Below, piece by piece: positions 13,178-26,336 of a stretch of DNA of 64,000 nt. Every line of letters starts with the position of its first letter. Position 1 is the stretch's first letter. The stretch is taken from NCBI GenBank assembly GCA_030141605.1, contig JAQGDQ010000039.1:310001-374000 (forward strand). The letters are read 5' to 3'. Below the pieces are notes generated by a model that was not told the origin of the DNA, ran no database searches, and was given only the letters and a program-made list of their open reading frames with translations. The DNA is from Tubiluchus corallicola (taxonomy: Eukaryota; Animalia; Priapulida). Position numbers and translations under genes: made by a program.

Positions 13178-13850
13178 CTATAAAAACACAGCCACAACAT
13201 AATAGTATATCTACGTTAGTAAGTAAGTGCATGCTTAGTTAAGATGCTGTGCCTGTTAGAAAACTAAACACCTTTGATACTGAAAACACTTATTGTTATA
13301 CAGTAATTTTCCATTGTGTGTCATTTAAAATCTACCACTATTTTGCTTCTTGTTCCTTCAGGAATATTTTGCTAATATTCCTAATCTGTTATTATAAATT
13401 CTAAGGTTTTTTCCTCTCTACAGCGGAAAGTTAAATGCAGAGGTGATGCCACTTTTTTCTTTACATACTGGAATATAACAAGTGCATTTTAAATTTATTG
13501 ATAAAATGCTTCACAAACTTTAATTAAAATATTACTACACGTATCATGTTTCTTCATTGTTCACTCAACTACCCAGAATTAGTTTGTGAAATGCAAAGTA
13601 GCAACTTTAGATTTAGCTCATAAGTTCACCATATTTTTTCCCCATTTATTCGTATACATTTATTGCAAACAGTACAACCACATTAGTAAACTAGTATTTT
13701 GAAATATTCGCACATAAAACTCATTATTTTTTAAGGCATTTTCAAATTGAAATATTTTTTATGTTACTCTATTATCAAAAATTATAGTAGCTAGTTGTCA
13801 CCTAGATACTGCAGGAAGCCCACAGTTTTTTATCTATCAACATATATTAC

Positions 13851-15039
13851 CTTGTCTATAACGTACGGAGAGGCACCTTCTTTCACAAGTTCATCTCTTT
13901 CTCTAATATACAAAAACAACATCCGATTTCCAACAAATGCTGTACAATTTCCAACCACCACTGCACGCTTCCCAATTTTCTTGCACATATGCATAGCTGT
14001 AGCAATGGTATTAGGCGATGTCTTCTGTCCATAAACAACTTCCATCTTTTCGTTAATATGTGGTGGCGTCAAAAAATGTGTGCCTAATACCTGTCTGGGT
14101 CTGCTAGTGGCTGAAGCAATTTCGTTTATATCTAACATTGAAGTGTTTGTAAACAGCATTGCAGATGGCTTGCAAACTTCATCCAGCTTTTTAAATACTT
14201 GTTTTTTTAGTGCCATTTGTTCGTAAATGGCTTCGATGACGATGTCTGCACTACTGAGCCGTTCCACATGCATGGATGGTGTTAGCCTATCCATGCAGGC
14301 TTGTGTTTCCAAAGTCGTTTGTTTTCCGAGACGTACACTTTCAGCATAAACTGCAGAAATTCTGCTGACTGCTGCAGTCAGTGAATGCTCATCACTTTCA
14401 ACAAGGGTGACGGGCAAATTAGCATTTAAAAGTGAAACGACGATTCCAGTTCCCATCGTTCCACCACCGACTACACCGGCAGATGAGACTGCATAAGAAA
14501 AGGCAGCTCTGTGGCTAGCACCTTCATTAGTATGCCACTTAGCTGCATTTCTTTCAGCATTGAATACATACTGAAGAGCCTGTGATTGTCCTGAAGCAAA
14601 TAATTCGACTGTATATGCAGACACTTTCTGTAAAGCTTCTTCATACGGATACTCATATGCTGCACGAATGGCTTTGACACAAAGAACAGGAGCCAGAGCA
14701 CCTCTGAAACGCCTGTTGATCATTGCAAGAGATTTATCACACAGTTCATCTAAAAGTTCTACATCTCTTAGTGGCATTTGTGAAATGATGCGATCGTTAA
14801 AAGGCTTCTCAGCTACAGAGCTGGCAAATTTAACAGCTTGATTGTAGAAATTACCAGTAAATGTTTTATCGACGAGTCCTACTTGTTGTGCTTCTATCAT
14901 GTTGATACTTCTACCCCGAACCATCATATCTAGAGACACTTTCAATCCAATCAAACGGGGCAAGTCTTGGGTTGCTGTTTGTGGAAGTACACCTATAAGC
15001 ACTTCTGGTAGTCCAATTCTTGCAGCTTTTTCTCCAACT
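13851..15039 (-). CDS. EHHADH: Peroxisomal bifunctional enzyme copy 1, exon 2 (end of hydratase domain plus 3-hydroxyacyl-CoA dehydrogenase NAD-binding domain)
   Basis: RIGLPEV, Rossmann motif GVVGGGTMGTGI, TNTS, GTHF and FVGNRM; 1189 nt with phase-compatible AG/GT ends. Confidence 0.93.
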
Positions 15040-16098
15040 CTAAAAGATTTTTGAAACTATAAACGAAGCAGGTAGTATATAAGATTGTGTTAGTCTATGA
15101 CAAATGTGTGCGTGTGTAAGGTTTTATTAGTCTATAACTTACAGTGTAAACTATGAAGGTCTTAAAAACAAATTTGTCATAAGAAAAAAGTGAAGCTACC
15201 TGCCAGCAATGGCTAGTATCTTCTACAACTTTAAAGCACAAAAATAATTGTTTAACGTAAGATCTACATTCAGTTATATTTTACGCTTAACAGTGTTGTG
15301 CCCTGTTAACGACATCATTCATAAATTGCTTTTCTGTTTCTTTACAGTTTTGGTAAAGTTGCAGCACAGGTAAAAATGACATTTTTTGCAATCCGTTTCA
15401 GAAAGAACTACATCAAACCTGTTGAGTTATACTGCGAGTCCAACATAATTAGTACGCTTATTACAGTTATTACAATGATTGAAAATTTATTAATAACTTA
15501 TGCCCATTTTTCAGCGTCTTACACTTATCTAGCGGACACTTGCCTGAGCTTAGGGAAGTCTTTCCAATTTGACAGTTGTCAGCTTTGTTGTTAAGTTTAG
15601 TTACTATTAAATAAGTTTGAAGTATCTGTCACTGGCATTTATCAGGCCAACTGCTAGAGTACTTAGTACACTTAGCTGCTAAACTAGGCAAGACATGGTA
15701 AGACAGCAAAGATGCAACATGTGACGCAAGGTGCTGAAAGACTGATTTGAGTATCTTATCCTAGAGGATTTCCATTCACAATTACCTAATTTAGGTCAAT
15801 CACAATTATCACAACTATTTACTAGCCCTGCATTGAGTGCTGGAGCTCAGCTTGTAGTTTCAAAATTGTATCCACAATAATAGAAGCATCAATGACCTTT
15901 TGCAAAATTTTTGCATTTTGCATTCATTCTTTAAAAATTGCTAAAAATGGATGCATTTACAACTTTTGATAAAAAATATCAGCCTTGAGACGAATCAAAC
16001 TTAATACACACTATTTTAATGAAAGCAGTATAATCGTAAAATAACAATAATATTTATATTATAGAATTAAATTATTTTAGACTTATTGATTCACTTAC

Positions 16099-16439
16099 CT
16101 GTAATGGCAAGCTAATGCCAGCTCAAGACCACCACCCATGGCAAATCCGTGTATGGCAGCAATAATGGGCTTGGGTGAATTGCTCGTCTTCCTAATTAAG
16201 TCACCCAGTGGCTCCTTGGAATTATCACCTGACGCAAACTCCGGAATGTGCATGCCAGCTGAAAAACATGCACCATCGCCACAGAGTACCACTGCTAAAA
16301 TATGAGGTGTATCTAAGGCTCTTTGAAGGTTTACTCTCAAGCTTTTGCGCACTTCATGAGTGAGGCTGTTAACAGGAGAATTCTGTATTTTGACAACAGC
16401 TACCTGACCCACTGTTAAATACGTGCTATGTAATGCCAT
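16099..16439 (-). CDS. EHHADH: Peroxisomal bifunctional enzyme (enoyl-CoA hydratase/3-hydroxyacyl-CoA dehydrogenase) copy 1, exon 1; model 16439-16099,15039-13851,13177-12964,12625-12225 (2145 nt, 714 aa), nested in the transporter intron
   Basis: Crotonase motifs PVNSL, FSAG and KPIIAAIHGFAMGGGLELALACHYR; donor AG|GTAAGT. Confidence 0.92.
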
Positions 16440-19356
16440 GTTTTATATTCTGCAGTACTAGTAAGCGATGATACTGCAATAGCTGAAATAATGCAGTGCC
16501 AGCAGTACTCCAATAAGTAATTAATAAACTACAATTTATCCATTTTGCGTACTAGAATGGGACTTTGTGTTGATACGATGTTAAACTACTCTGTACTTTT
16601 AACCTTTGCTCGATTTGTAGTGAACACCACACTGTTACACACTATAATACAGCATAAACATAATTTTCACTGCTCATAGGTCCATTAGGTCGTAGCCTTG
16701 TAGGCACACAAACAACGATCACGAATTTTTATGACAGATTTTGACATCAGATGGCGATAATCAACCTACAGTTTGGCTGTGACAGCTGAGACGAACTATA
16801 CTACATTCTGTAATGCTCAGCAAGACAGGTTTCCGCTTAAATTCAATGTTATCATTCGTAATGCCATCCATTTTATAAGAATGTTATTAGTTATTACTAG
16901 ACTTAAGTCACTGGGTCTAAAAATAACAACTTCACGTTTTTGCTGGCAGCAATTCTCTCAGTCAAGGAACGATTGTGCTGCCATCTACAGGAAGATAAAA
17001 GAGTTATCACATGTGCCGCATGTTACAGAATGGATGAAGCGCTTGCGCCTAGAGAGATTGCAAACTTACATTTAGAACAATACTTCGAACGTGTCACGCT
17101 CAAGGGCGCCATGCAGCTGCTGTTGCAACCCAACATATATTTTCAATGGCGTTTCGCTTATATTTATAGTTATATTTTTGCCGCTAAAAGAAATTTAAAA
17201 TAACCTTTTTCTTTTTTTCTGACTGCAGTAATAGAGGCCTTCTAAATAAGTTAATCTATACAATTACGTCTGTACTTAATAATATTATTACAGCCATTTC
17301 TAACGAAATCCTTTTACACTTTCAATCAAATTTTTTATTAGTTCGCTCCCTTGTTAGGTTAGTTTTATGCTAGTAGATACTTAATTAGTGACTAACCAGC
17401 ATTTTTAATTTATATTACAGATATATATCCTATTAAAATAAGTAGATCTAAATGTGATCTAAAAATAGTTTATAACGCTCTATTTATAAAATTTGCAGGG
17501 CATTGTGGGCGAATTTAACAACTTGCATATTCGCTCAGTACAAATTGTTTTTCATATATAGATATTAAACAGTACTTAATTTTTCACAACTTGAAAAAAC
17601 ATTCCACAGTTAAACTAATAGCTTAATGAGACTTGACCTAATAAGAGCTAAGACTAATTTAAAAGAAAAATAGTTAATTAGCAGTCATATTCCTATAGTG
17701 ACCCTCAAATAGATCTAGTATTTTTATGCTGTGTCCCAAAGATGCTATGCTACGGAACACCTTTGTGTATGGGTACCATTTTCTCTAAGTTTTAAGTTAG
17801 AATTATAAATAATTTTTTTCTGCAACTGGTATTTTAACGGGGTAGTAGCATTAAATAGCCAAAAACTTACTTTGAAAACCTTATTACACAAGCTAAACAA
17901 AGTATTAAATCGTAATCGTGACTATATTTAAAATGAATAAAAATGCTGCCACTTGTAGTAGTAACCACATGTAGTACACACTAATTTATTGATCGCCTGT
18001 CTGCTATAGCCTAAGCTGTGCAGTGTTCTGCTGCTATTCCAGGAAAAACCAACCGATCAACCAAGGAAAATTTAAGGTCGTGTCTTCTTCTAACAGGAAT
18101 TTCTCTCTAAAAAAAGAGTAGACTTGAGGCCAAAGTGTGTTAGAGTGTTGTGTCTGGATGGCTGAAATTTTCTGTATTAGCCAATGTCACACAAATGATA
18201 CTGCACTTTGTTACAGTACAAACACTGCAGTTACTGAAAGCTTTTTGTCATTTATTCGTCAAAAATCGGTTTTTAATTTGTTAAAGGTAAACATATATAT
18301 TTCATTGTAATTCTGCATGAAAGTCCATTGTGTGAGGGTAGAAACCTACAAAAATTATCAAATATAATGTAATTGTTGCATAGTAAAAGCAGCTTTTCAT
18401 GAACCCATGCAAAATGGAGCAAATGCTTACAGTACAGAAGGAGTTAAATTTCAAGAAATAGGCTGGCGAGGTAAATAAAGAAATTGTATTTTGTGTCTAA
18501 CACCAAGTGAAATTTGGTGGAAAAAATAGTTTGACGTGGACGTGGTGGCTATGTACCCCTCCTACAGTTTTCCTAAAGTTAGTGCTACTGTAATTCGCAC
18601 TGTATTACAATACATGTCTAGCTTACATGACTAACTACATTAATATTATAACAATTAATATTTCCCGAATACCTTGAAAGCATTTTGCAAATAAAAGACC
18701 ATCGACAAGAATACTGTGATATCGTTTTATTTAAGTGAAAATGCAGGATGCTGTTACATGTAAAAGATCTTGTTGATGCCCTTTTTGCTCGATTTCAACA
18801 TTTATAGATAACATATGACGTTGGTACTTTTAACTATTTTGCTATTTGCACGCAAATTCACTACACGGAATACACGTAAAGAAAATTATTGCAAAAACTT
18901 CACACTCATGCATAATAACGAGTACCAGAAAACCCCAGTTTGCCCAACAACATGGTGCCCATTGTTGCGTCTCTTTTTGCGATAGCCTAGCAAGTAGTAA
19001 TCCCTCTCTGAGGATGCATCTAAATCTGTGGCCACATGTGCAGCGACTCTGAGCGCACCCTATCGCAGATACTTGTTTCAAATGTGGTCAAAATTAATTA
19101 TTATTATATCAACGTAACATTAGTTAATTTTACGCTATTTTTCTGATTATAATCATGATTGAAAGATGCCATTGGGACTTATGTAACTCGGACAAATTTG
19201 GTGGTCACGACTGTATATATATTTCTATACATTACAATTTTGATTGACTGTCTTATGAGCTTTTAATTGCTATTCTGATAATTATATGAATTATTAAATA
19301 AAAATTTTAAGGGATAAATTCAGATCTCAATTCAGAAAAAAAATTTGTTTTTTCAG

Positions 19357-19465
19357 GTGCCATTTGTACCTCTGCTACCCACTGTCAGTATGCTGTGTAA
19401 TACGGCATTGATGATGAATTTGTCACCTCTAACATGGCTTCGGTTTGCTATATGGATGGCGGTTG
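19357..19465 (+). CDS. SLC7A4: SLC7A4-like transporter, coding exon 4 (not in ORF track)
   Basis: TTTTTCAG|GTGCCATTT translates to [37 protein letters not shown], the conserved CAT C-terminal domain; donor G|GTAAG. Confidence 0.92.
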
Positions 19466-21047
19466 GTAAGTTTTTCTCCATAATATAATGTCCTCCAAAC
19501 AAGCTATGTAGCATGTGAAGGTGAATGCTTTTACATTCACTGGAACATATTCAAACCACGTCACCAAAACGCCGACAAGTGCCATTGTGCAGAACCACTG
19601 AAAAACCAGTTTGTTAAATTGATTGCAGCTCTGTCTTGATTGCAGCAAACCTGTGAATGCAAATAGTGACTGATATGGAGTCAGACTGGCAAATCCACAA
19701 CCATAGAGTTAGACAGAATCACTTGTTCATTTGCGTGTTAGCGCACCTAGACCTGGTTCTACTAGCAAGAAGTCCTACAGTTTCTATAATTCTCGAAATT
19801 AGTTCGAGCACAAGGCCAACCACATTCGCCAGCCGCTGATGTTTTTTTTGTGGTTTATCATGTTTTATCTGGCGCATGTAGGCCTCATAATGATGATTAA
19901 TCTAATTCTTATTTTATCTATGAATAGTTTCCTAGTATAACCTAGTTGGGTCAATTGGCTGCATTTAAAATTTTGTTAAGATTGACTTAAATTTGTTTGT
20001 TTTTTCGTTTTTGTAACGTTTCACCGGCAGAAATAAAATGTGCATACCCGTATACATGTAAAATATGTTTTTAATATCAAATTTGCTTAATGCACTGCAC
20101 ATATCGTAATAATGGTTGCAACCTTGACTCCACATATCGTAATAATGTTTGCAACCTGGACCAAGTTAAGTTTTGTAAATTGTTATTCACTTGCATTAAG
20201 CCAAGAATCAGAAAACCTTGCAAGTCGTTTGTCACTTGTCGCGCGGTGGATAATGTAATTCAGAAATGACATGCTCTAAAATCAGAGCGTTGAAAGAGTT
20301 ATTCACTTCAGAATTAATTTTAAAGATTTTCCATGTCTTTGGTGCTGAATGGTCAAGCACTATGATAGCTTAATACATGTGCATGAAGACATGTTCCCAT
20401 GCATTTAGCAAAAGATCACGTGACACTTACGTTGTGTAATTAACCGTTCAATCGTTTCCTTGTTCAATTAATTCTTTGTTTCGAATTAGTATACATACAT
20501 TATATTTATTATTATATGTATTAATAATGCATTATGTATTAAATTTTTGGCCATTAATACTCAACATAACCAAAGAGACATAACAATATCTTTATAATGT
20601 GATTCTTATTATACAAATTAACAACTTTGGATATGGGATTTATGTACTTTGTACACATACTCGAAATTTCTAAATTTAAACTAACTGAGGCTCTATGTCT
20701 GTATCGGTGTCTGTATCAATATGATTGTATATTCAATTCAATTCAATAATTTTTATTTAGCTGACTTGTATCATCAAAAGTTCCAACTATATTCAGAATG
20801 TAGGTACGATTTGTAAATTAAACCAAACAGCCACAAGGATAGTAAGAGCATGAGCTTTCGAGACTCATCCTGAGACAGCACAAATACTTAGTGCTGACGG
20901 AAGAATATATGTAAAATATCTCACTTTTAAGGCAATATTAAACTATGAAAAGAGTTAATGGTAACAAGGCAAAAAATGAAATTATAATAATACTTAAAAG
21001 TGCAAATTAGCAGTTTGATAACGAGTTAGTAACAAATGAAATACATA

Positions 21048-23370
21048 GAGTATATTGCGGTAATGTCGGCCATCGGCTAATGTCGGCCAGCTAGTTTCAA
21101 TGCACTCTAAACATGTCACGTGAGCTAGTTTAAGTTTTTATAGCTTGCCAATCAGCAGAGCCAGCATTATTCAGCTAGATGTGTTTTCCTTGTTCTAGTT
21201 GTCTGTCATCTACATCAGCAACAAATTTCGAGAAGAGTTAAGTGATTTACTACAATATTTCATAGTTGTTTTAGTGCTTTACAGTATTTTGTAACTACTA
21301 TAATGTATAATCATTTATACTGAGGATGTTAAAGTCTGTTTCAAACAATAAATTAGATGGTTTTTAATGAATTTTAATAAACATTCTACGATATTTCATA
21401 TAGTATACCTGTGTTCTGGTTTGCTTCAGTACTGACTGACAGATTTGCTTCAGTTGTGTGCAGTTGTGTGTTATCTGGTCATCTGGGCACCTATGCAGTT
21501 TTAGTCGCAAATGAAAATTATACTTATATTGGAACTAAATTGTGCCGTCTCGTGCTCGTACTAAGTGTAAAAAGAAAGAAGTGCAAGGTGATTTGCGTGA
21601 AAACGGTGATTATTTGTGCGAAAATCACTACAAAAAACGTCTGCAGCCGAGCGGTGAAAGTGCATTCAGCATTACAGATTCGCAAAATTGTCCTGCAGTA
21701 GGTACGCTTGCTGCGGAGTCAATGCAAGCAGGGACTAATGCTAGTTCCGTGAACGAAACGGCAACGGTAGCAGACAGAGAGCAGCATCAGAACTTAGAAA
21801 TTATACTTCAAGCTCAGCAACAAATGGATAAGCGTTTGAGTGAGCAAAAGACGTGCTTTCAGGAGATGGAAAAGAGACTGTCACAACAAATGATGGACCT
21901 GGAAAATAAGTTGACAGGTAAAAAAATCTAGTAGCTTCGGAAATTTACTTAGTTAAAACTGAAGTTAATCAGCAAATTAGATGCCTGTGCTTATCAGGTA
22001 CTTCGTTCAACCCTAATGGATAGACTAAACATACCTGGAAGCAGTCTAAAACCTAAAATTGGACACAAAACGTTGTTCACTGTGGAAGCAGAAACGGAAT
22101 TGGTGAACCTACTGATTAGCTACCAAAACAGGGATTTGGACTGACACCGATCAATGTTAAGCGATTTGCCTAACAATACATTAAAGCAGAAAGCATAAAA
22201 GGATTTTCAGAGAAGACCAAGTTAGAAAGATAGGACTGATTACAGTCATTCTCGGCTTTCTATCCGGAAACGAGAAAATTTGTCTTTGGGTCGAGTCACG
22301 AACTTGAACGAGGCTGTGATAAAAAATCATTTTGATTTGCTATTCAAAGTGATGAGCGAAAACAACTTAATTGGCGCACCTGAAATCTGTATGAAACGGT
22401 CTGCAAGATCTTTTTGAATCTACTGAAGCGATCGCATCCACCCAGGTTCGAGTGTTTACTCTGACTGGGCACAAGAAAGATGAAACTACAACTCTCCTCA
22501 CTGCTATCAGTGCACCTGAAATCGGGCGACAACTATGCTGTAGGTTACCAAGATATAAGCCTTGTACACGTTGAAGATAATGCGGCTGTTGATATGGAAC
22601 ATGATAATCCACAACCAAGCACTTCTGCTCATTACGCTCCTGCCAATAACCATCACGAGACATAAAAATCTGCTGCTGTGCCCGGTTGTTCACATCCATC
22701 AGATCCTCGAGAAGTAAGCTTCGCAGACTTCACCAAAAAGGTGGAAGATCAACACAAGAAATGTGCAAGAAGAAGACCAGAAAAAAGTCCATCACAAAAT
22801 TTAACAAGCTCGCCTCATATGAAGTTCGTCTTATCTAAGTCTAAGAAAAACTTACAACAGCACCATCAGTTTTAGAGCAAAAAATTAGAGACGAACTAAG
22901 AGTATATTGTTTTGATGCCAAAATTTTGTTTTCATGTTTGACGTTTGTCACGATTTGGTGAAAATAAAGTATGTCGGCACGTGAGAAACAATAATATTTT
23001 GACTTGAGCAGTTTCGCGATAAGTTAATGAATAGTATTTATTCTGTGAGTGTGACAGTATGAATGATCTTTCTGTAATGATGCGATTTTACCAATAATAA
23101 CACTTGAATAATACTCAGCAAGTGCTTAGAATGTACCGAAATGTACCGCTGTCAGCGTGGCCAAACCCTGTCTAATGGCCGACATTACCTTCAACTGGCC
23201 AACATTGCCCTTATTTTGACTGCACAGAGTGCACAAGTAACACGTCCGAAATTACACTGAATTGAGTGACACAAACCATTTATTTGCATTCCTGTAACAA
23301 AATAATAGTGATAATACAAGGTAAATCATTGAAGAAATCTAAATGTGGCCGACATCACACCAATATATTA
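21048..23370 (+). mobile_element. Decayed pogo/Tigger/Fot1-type (Tc1-mariner) DNA transposon inside a transporter intron
   Basis: Imperfect TIRs TATATTGCGGTAATGTCGGCCA / TGGCCGACATCACACCAATATA, with subterminal repeats of the ATGTCGGCCA core. Broken CENP-B-like HTH remnants (LRSTLMDRL, GFGLT, LSIRKRENLS) and an ETG-like motif at about 21990-22410. Confidence 0.75.
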
Positions 23371-23833
23371 TGCTTTTTAAAGTGTTGTAATTGATTTTTT
23401 TGCCGAAGGAGAAATATGGGCCCATTATTGCATAACTAGTATGTATGACAGGAGAATAAAAGTTACCAATTGCTGTACAAATAAATTAGTTATGGATTTG
23501 TTGTATGGATGTTAAGTATGAATCTGTACCTGTATCTGCTGAATCTTGATCTGTAATTGGAAGTGTATGTGTATATTTGAATTTATAATTGTGTGTGTAT
23601 TCTAATTGAATTAATAGGTTTCATAGCTCTGCTCTCAAGCTGGATCAATATGGTCTATCAGAGGAATTTATCATTCTGCGTAATTTTGAATGGCTTACTA
23701 TACTGTAAGTTGGCCATCACTCTTACTGATGTGAATGGTTCATACGTCACGGCACGTAAATGCTGAATTATGGTTAAATATGGCAGCAAATTTCAGTCCG
23801 CTCAGAGTCTAACAGTACCATGTTTCTTTGTAG

Positions 23834-24051
23834 GTTTGCTAGTCTACTTTGCGTATGGAATTCACAAAAGTTCGGAAAATGAGCGTGACCAGAAATACAG
23901 CGTCCTAGTACCAGTAGCCAGCCAATCGACAGAGAAACTCTGCCCAATGGACGAGACTGTCCACCTACCACAGCCACCCAATAGAGATGAAAACAACTAT
24001 GGGGCCATGTCACCCACTGATGACGTCCCTTCGTCTGATCTCCATCACTAA
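23834..24051 (+). CDS. SLC7A4: SLC7A4-like transporter, coding exon 5 (terminal)
   Basis: Acceptor TTTGTAG|; GLLVYFAYGIHKS is the canonical CAT C-terminal motif; stop TAA at 24049-24051. Confidence 0.92.
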
Positions 24052-25699
24052 CTGATGTAAAGTTGGGAAACAATCTCTAGTCTATGCTATTTATTGTTAA
24101 TATTAATAATTGTTATAAGTGTAGTAAAGTATAAACTATAAAATAATCACTGTCTTGTTTTAACTGGATGATACTGATTTAATGTAGCCATATCTTGATT
24201 CCATGCTACATCCCTCTGCTAGGGGATTATTTATAATAGTTCATGAAAAAAGTTGGAGACAATAATAGTAAATATATTGAAAACTTATAGGCGTATAGTA
24301 TACAATGCTCACTTGGATACAGTTTTACAAAAGGAAAACATTGCTACTTAAATACAAATAGCAATGGTTTAGAAATATATACATTCTTATTGCTATTAAT
24401 AAATTGTAACAATGATTTTGATCATGTGCTGCTTTGCTTATTCGATTTCTAGGAACCAATAATAAAAATTATACAAGTTAAGAAAAATACGGGTTAGGCG
24501 ATTTATGTGTATGTACAGCGACCCATCTGGACAGCAGTCTGCTAAGAAAAAGCCTGGAAATTCCAGTTAACCAAATTTGTAATAGGTGTATTTGATAGCA
24601 ATTTTTGCACCATTCTGTATAGACAGTTGGTGTTACTGATAGATGGTCTCCCGTTTTGATAAACTTAAAAGAACTCCAACAGGAAATAATGGCATCGGTT
24701 TTTTTTGTCTCCAGGAATCTCAATTTTAGTAGAAACTCAAAAATTTTAAATATCAGAGAAAGATACCAAGCTGTGATAGTCCGGACTTTGAAAGCCTGGC
24801 AGCATTTTTATTTTACCGGCCGCAAAGGTGTGTATATTAATTACCACACATATTTTTGAGCTATAGTTAAGTATAGAACATAAACTTCCAGTGCAAATAC
24901 GTAACTGCAAAATTGTGTGTACCTGCTAATCAGGCACCTAGAAGTGCGAATTAACATGCTGGTGACAAGTTCGATTGAGGAACAAAAACTGGGAAGTGTT
25001 ACTCACTCATTGGTTAACTTATAAAAATAATTAAAGGGTACCGGTAATTTGTTTAAAATGAATTGAGTTAAATTATGTTTTAGCACAGGCTTTATATTTT
25101 AGTGCAAGATAATTATAAACTATAAACCTTGAGCTAATGCAAAATTGTATCTAAGATCGGTAATAGATGTTATTGTAGCTTTTGCACCAAAAAATGACAA
25201 GAAACCTTAGAGTGGATTTTCTCTTTTAAATAACGTCAACGTAGTTGCCTTGTAAATTACCATTACATTATCTTGATGGTAACAAAAGTTATCAGTGTGA
25301 ACAATAGACTCGTCGTGGTTGTTATCAATGTACCATAAACTTGTCTTCAAATTTCAATACGTGTATTTCTGTTTTGTCACTGTCTCAAACATAGCTTTGC
25401 TTTTGATGTCGCTTCTATTCATTGTTGCACTGTGAGTATATGTGTGTACGATTGGATTAATTTCTCAGTCAGTATTAGATCTTTAACTCTCGGGTGTATT
25501 TTCTAATTATAATAACAATTACGCTGTATGTGTACTATATATACCTTGTCAAATTATAATTATAAGTAATATTTTAACAGAAATTTATTATATGTTGAAA
25601 GATATTATAAGATCTATGATATATTCGTTATTTATTTTTGTCTATAAGTCATCAATAAACAGAATCATTGCTGCATTATATAATGTGCCGTTTTAGTAT

Positions 25700-25734
<35 letters not shown>

Positions 25735-26134
25735 AATACCAATTTTAGAACTGAAATATTGATGATAGAAGAAACTTACATTTGGGGTTGGTGTACAGGG
25801 TTGCTGTAGATATGAAATTTCATATCCATATCCATTATCCGCAGTTTTTGAGTGACTAACCATGGATAACTCCATATCCATGTTACTATGGTGGTATAAA
25901 AGATCCCTTTGTTTAAGCATATTTTTATTTGCGAACTTTGGACACTCAGCAAAAAATCTGCAACAAAAGATCAACTTAAAAACCTTCTTTAATTTGCCTT
26001 TAATTTTTGTTAATTTAATTACATGCCATAAATTATCTAATTAGGCTAACCGAGCAAAACTTACAGAACGAACATAAATAGCAAGAAGATTTGCTATCTG
26101 GGAAATCATTTCAGTATTTAGATTTCAAGCACAT

Positions 26135-26336
26135 TGTTGCAGTTGCGTGAAATCTTGTGATTAGTGTGTGAGTTAGTTAGTGATGCCTGGAAAGGAGTAC
26201 ACGTGTAAGGATATACACGTTTGAAAGTACATGATAATTTTCTTTGTTTAACGTATCGTTAATTACATTTGAAATAATAAAGTGTTGTCCAAATAGCAAT
26301 TATCGAGTTGATGTAATATTGACAAAGACATAAAAA
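26135..26336 (+). repeat. 5' LTR
   Basis: Starts TGTTG; direct repeat of 30440-30643; followed immediately by the PBS. Confidence 0.92.

Noticed and set aside
12225-16439. Bacterial fadB/fadJ-like horizontal transfer or contamination
   Set aside because: Spliceosomal introns, a PTS1-like SHL ending and similarity to the animal EHHADH C-terminus fit a native gene. Only a phylogeny could reopen this.
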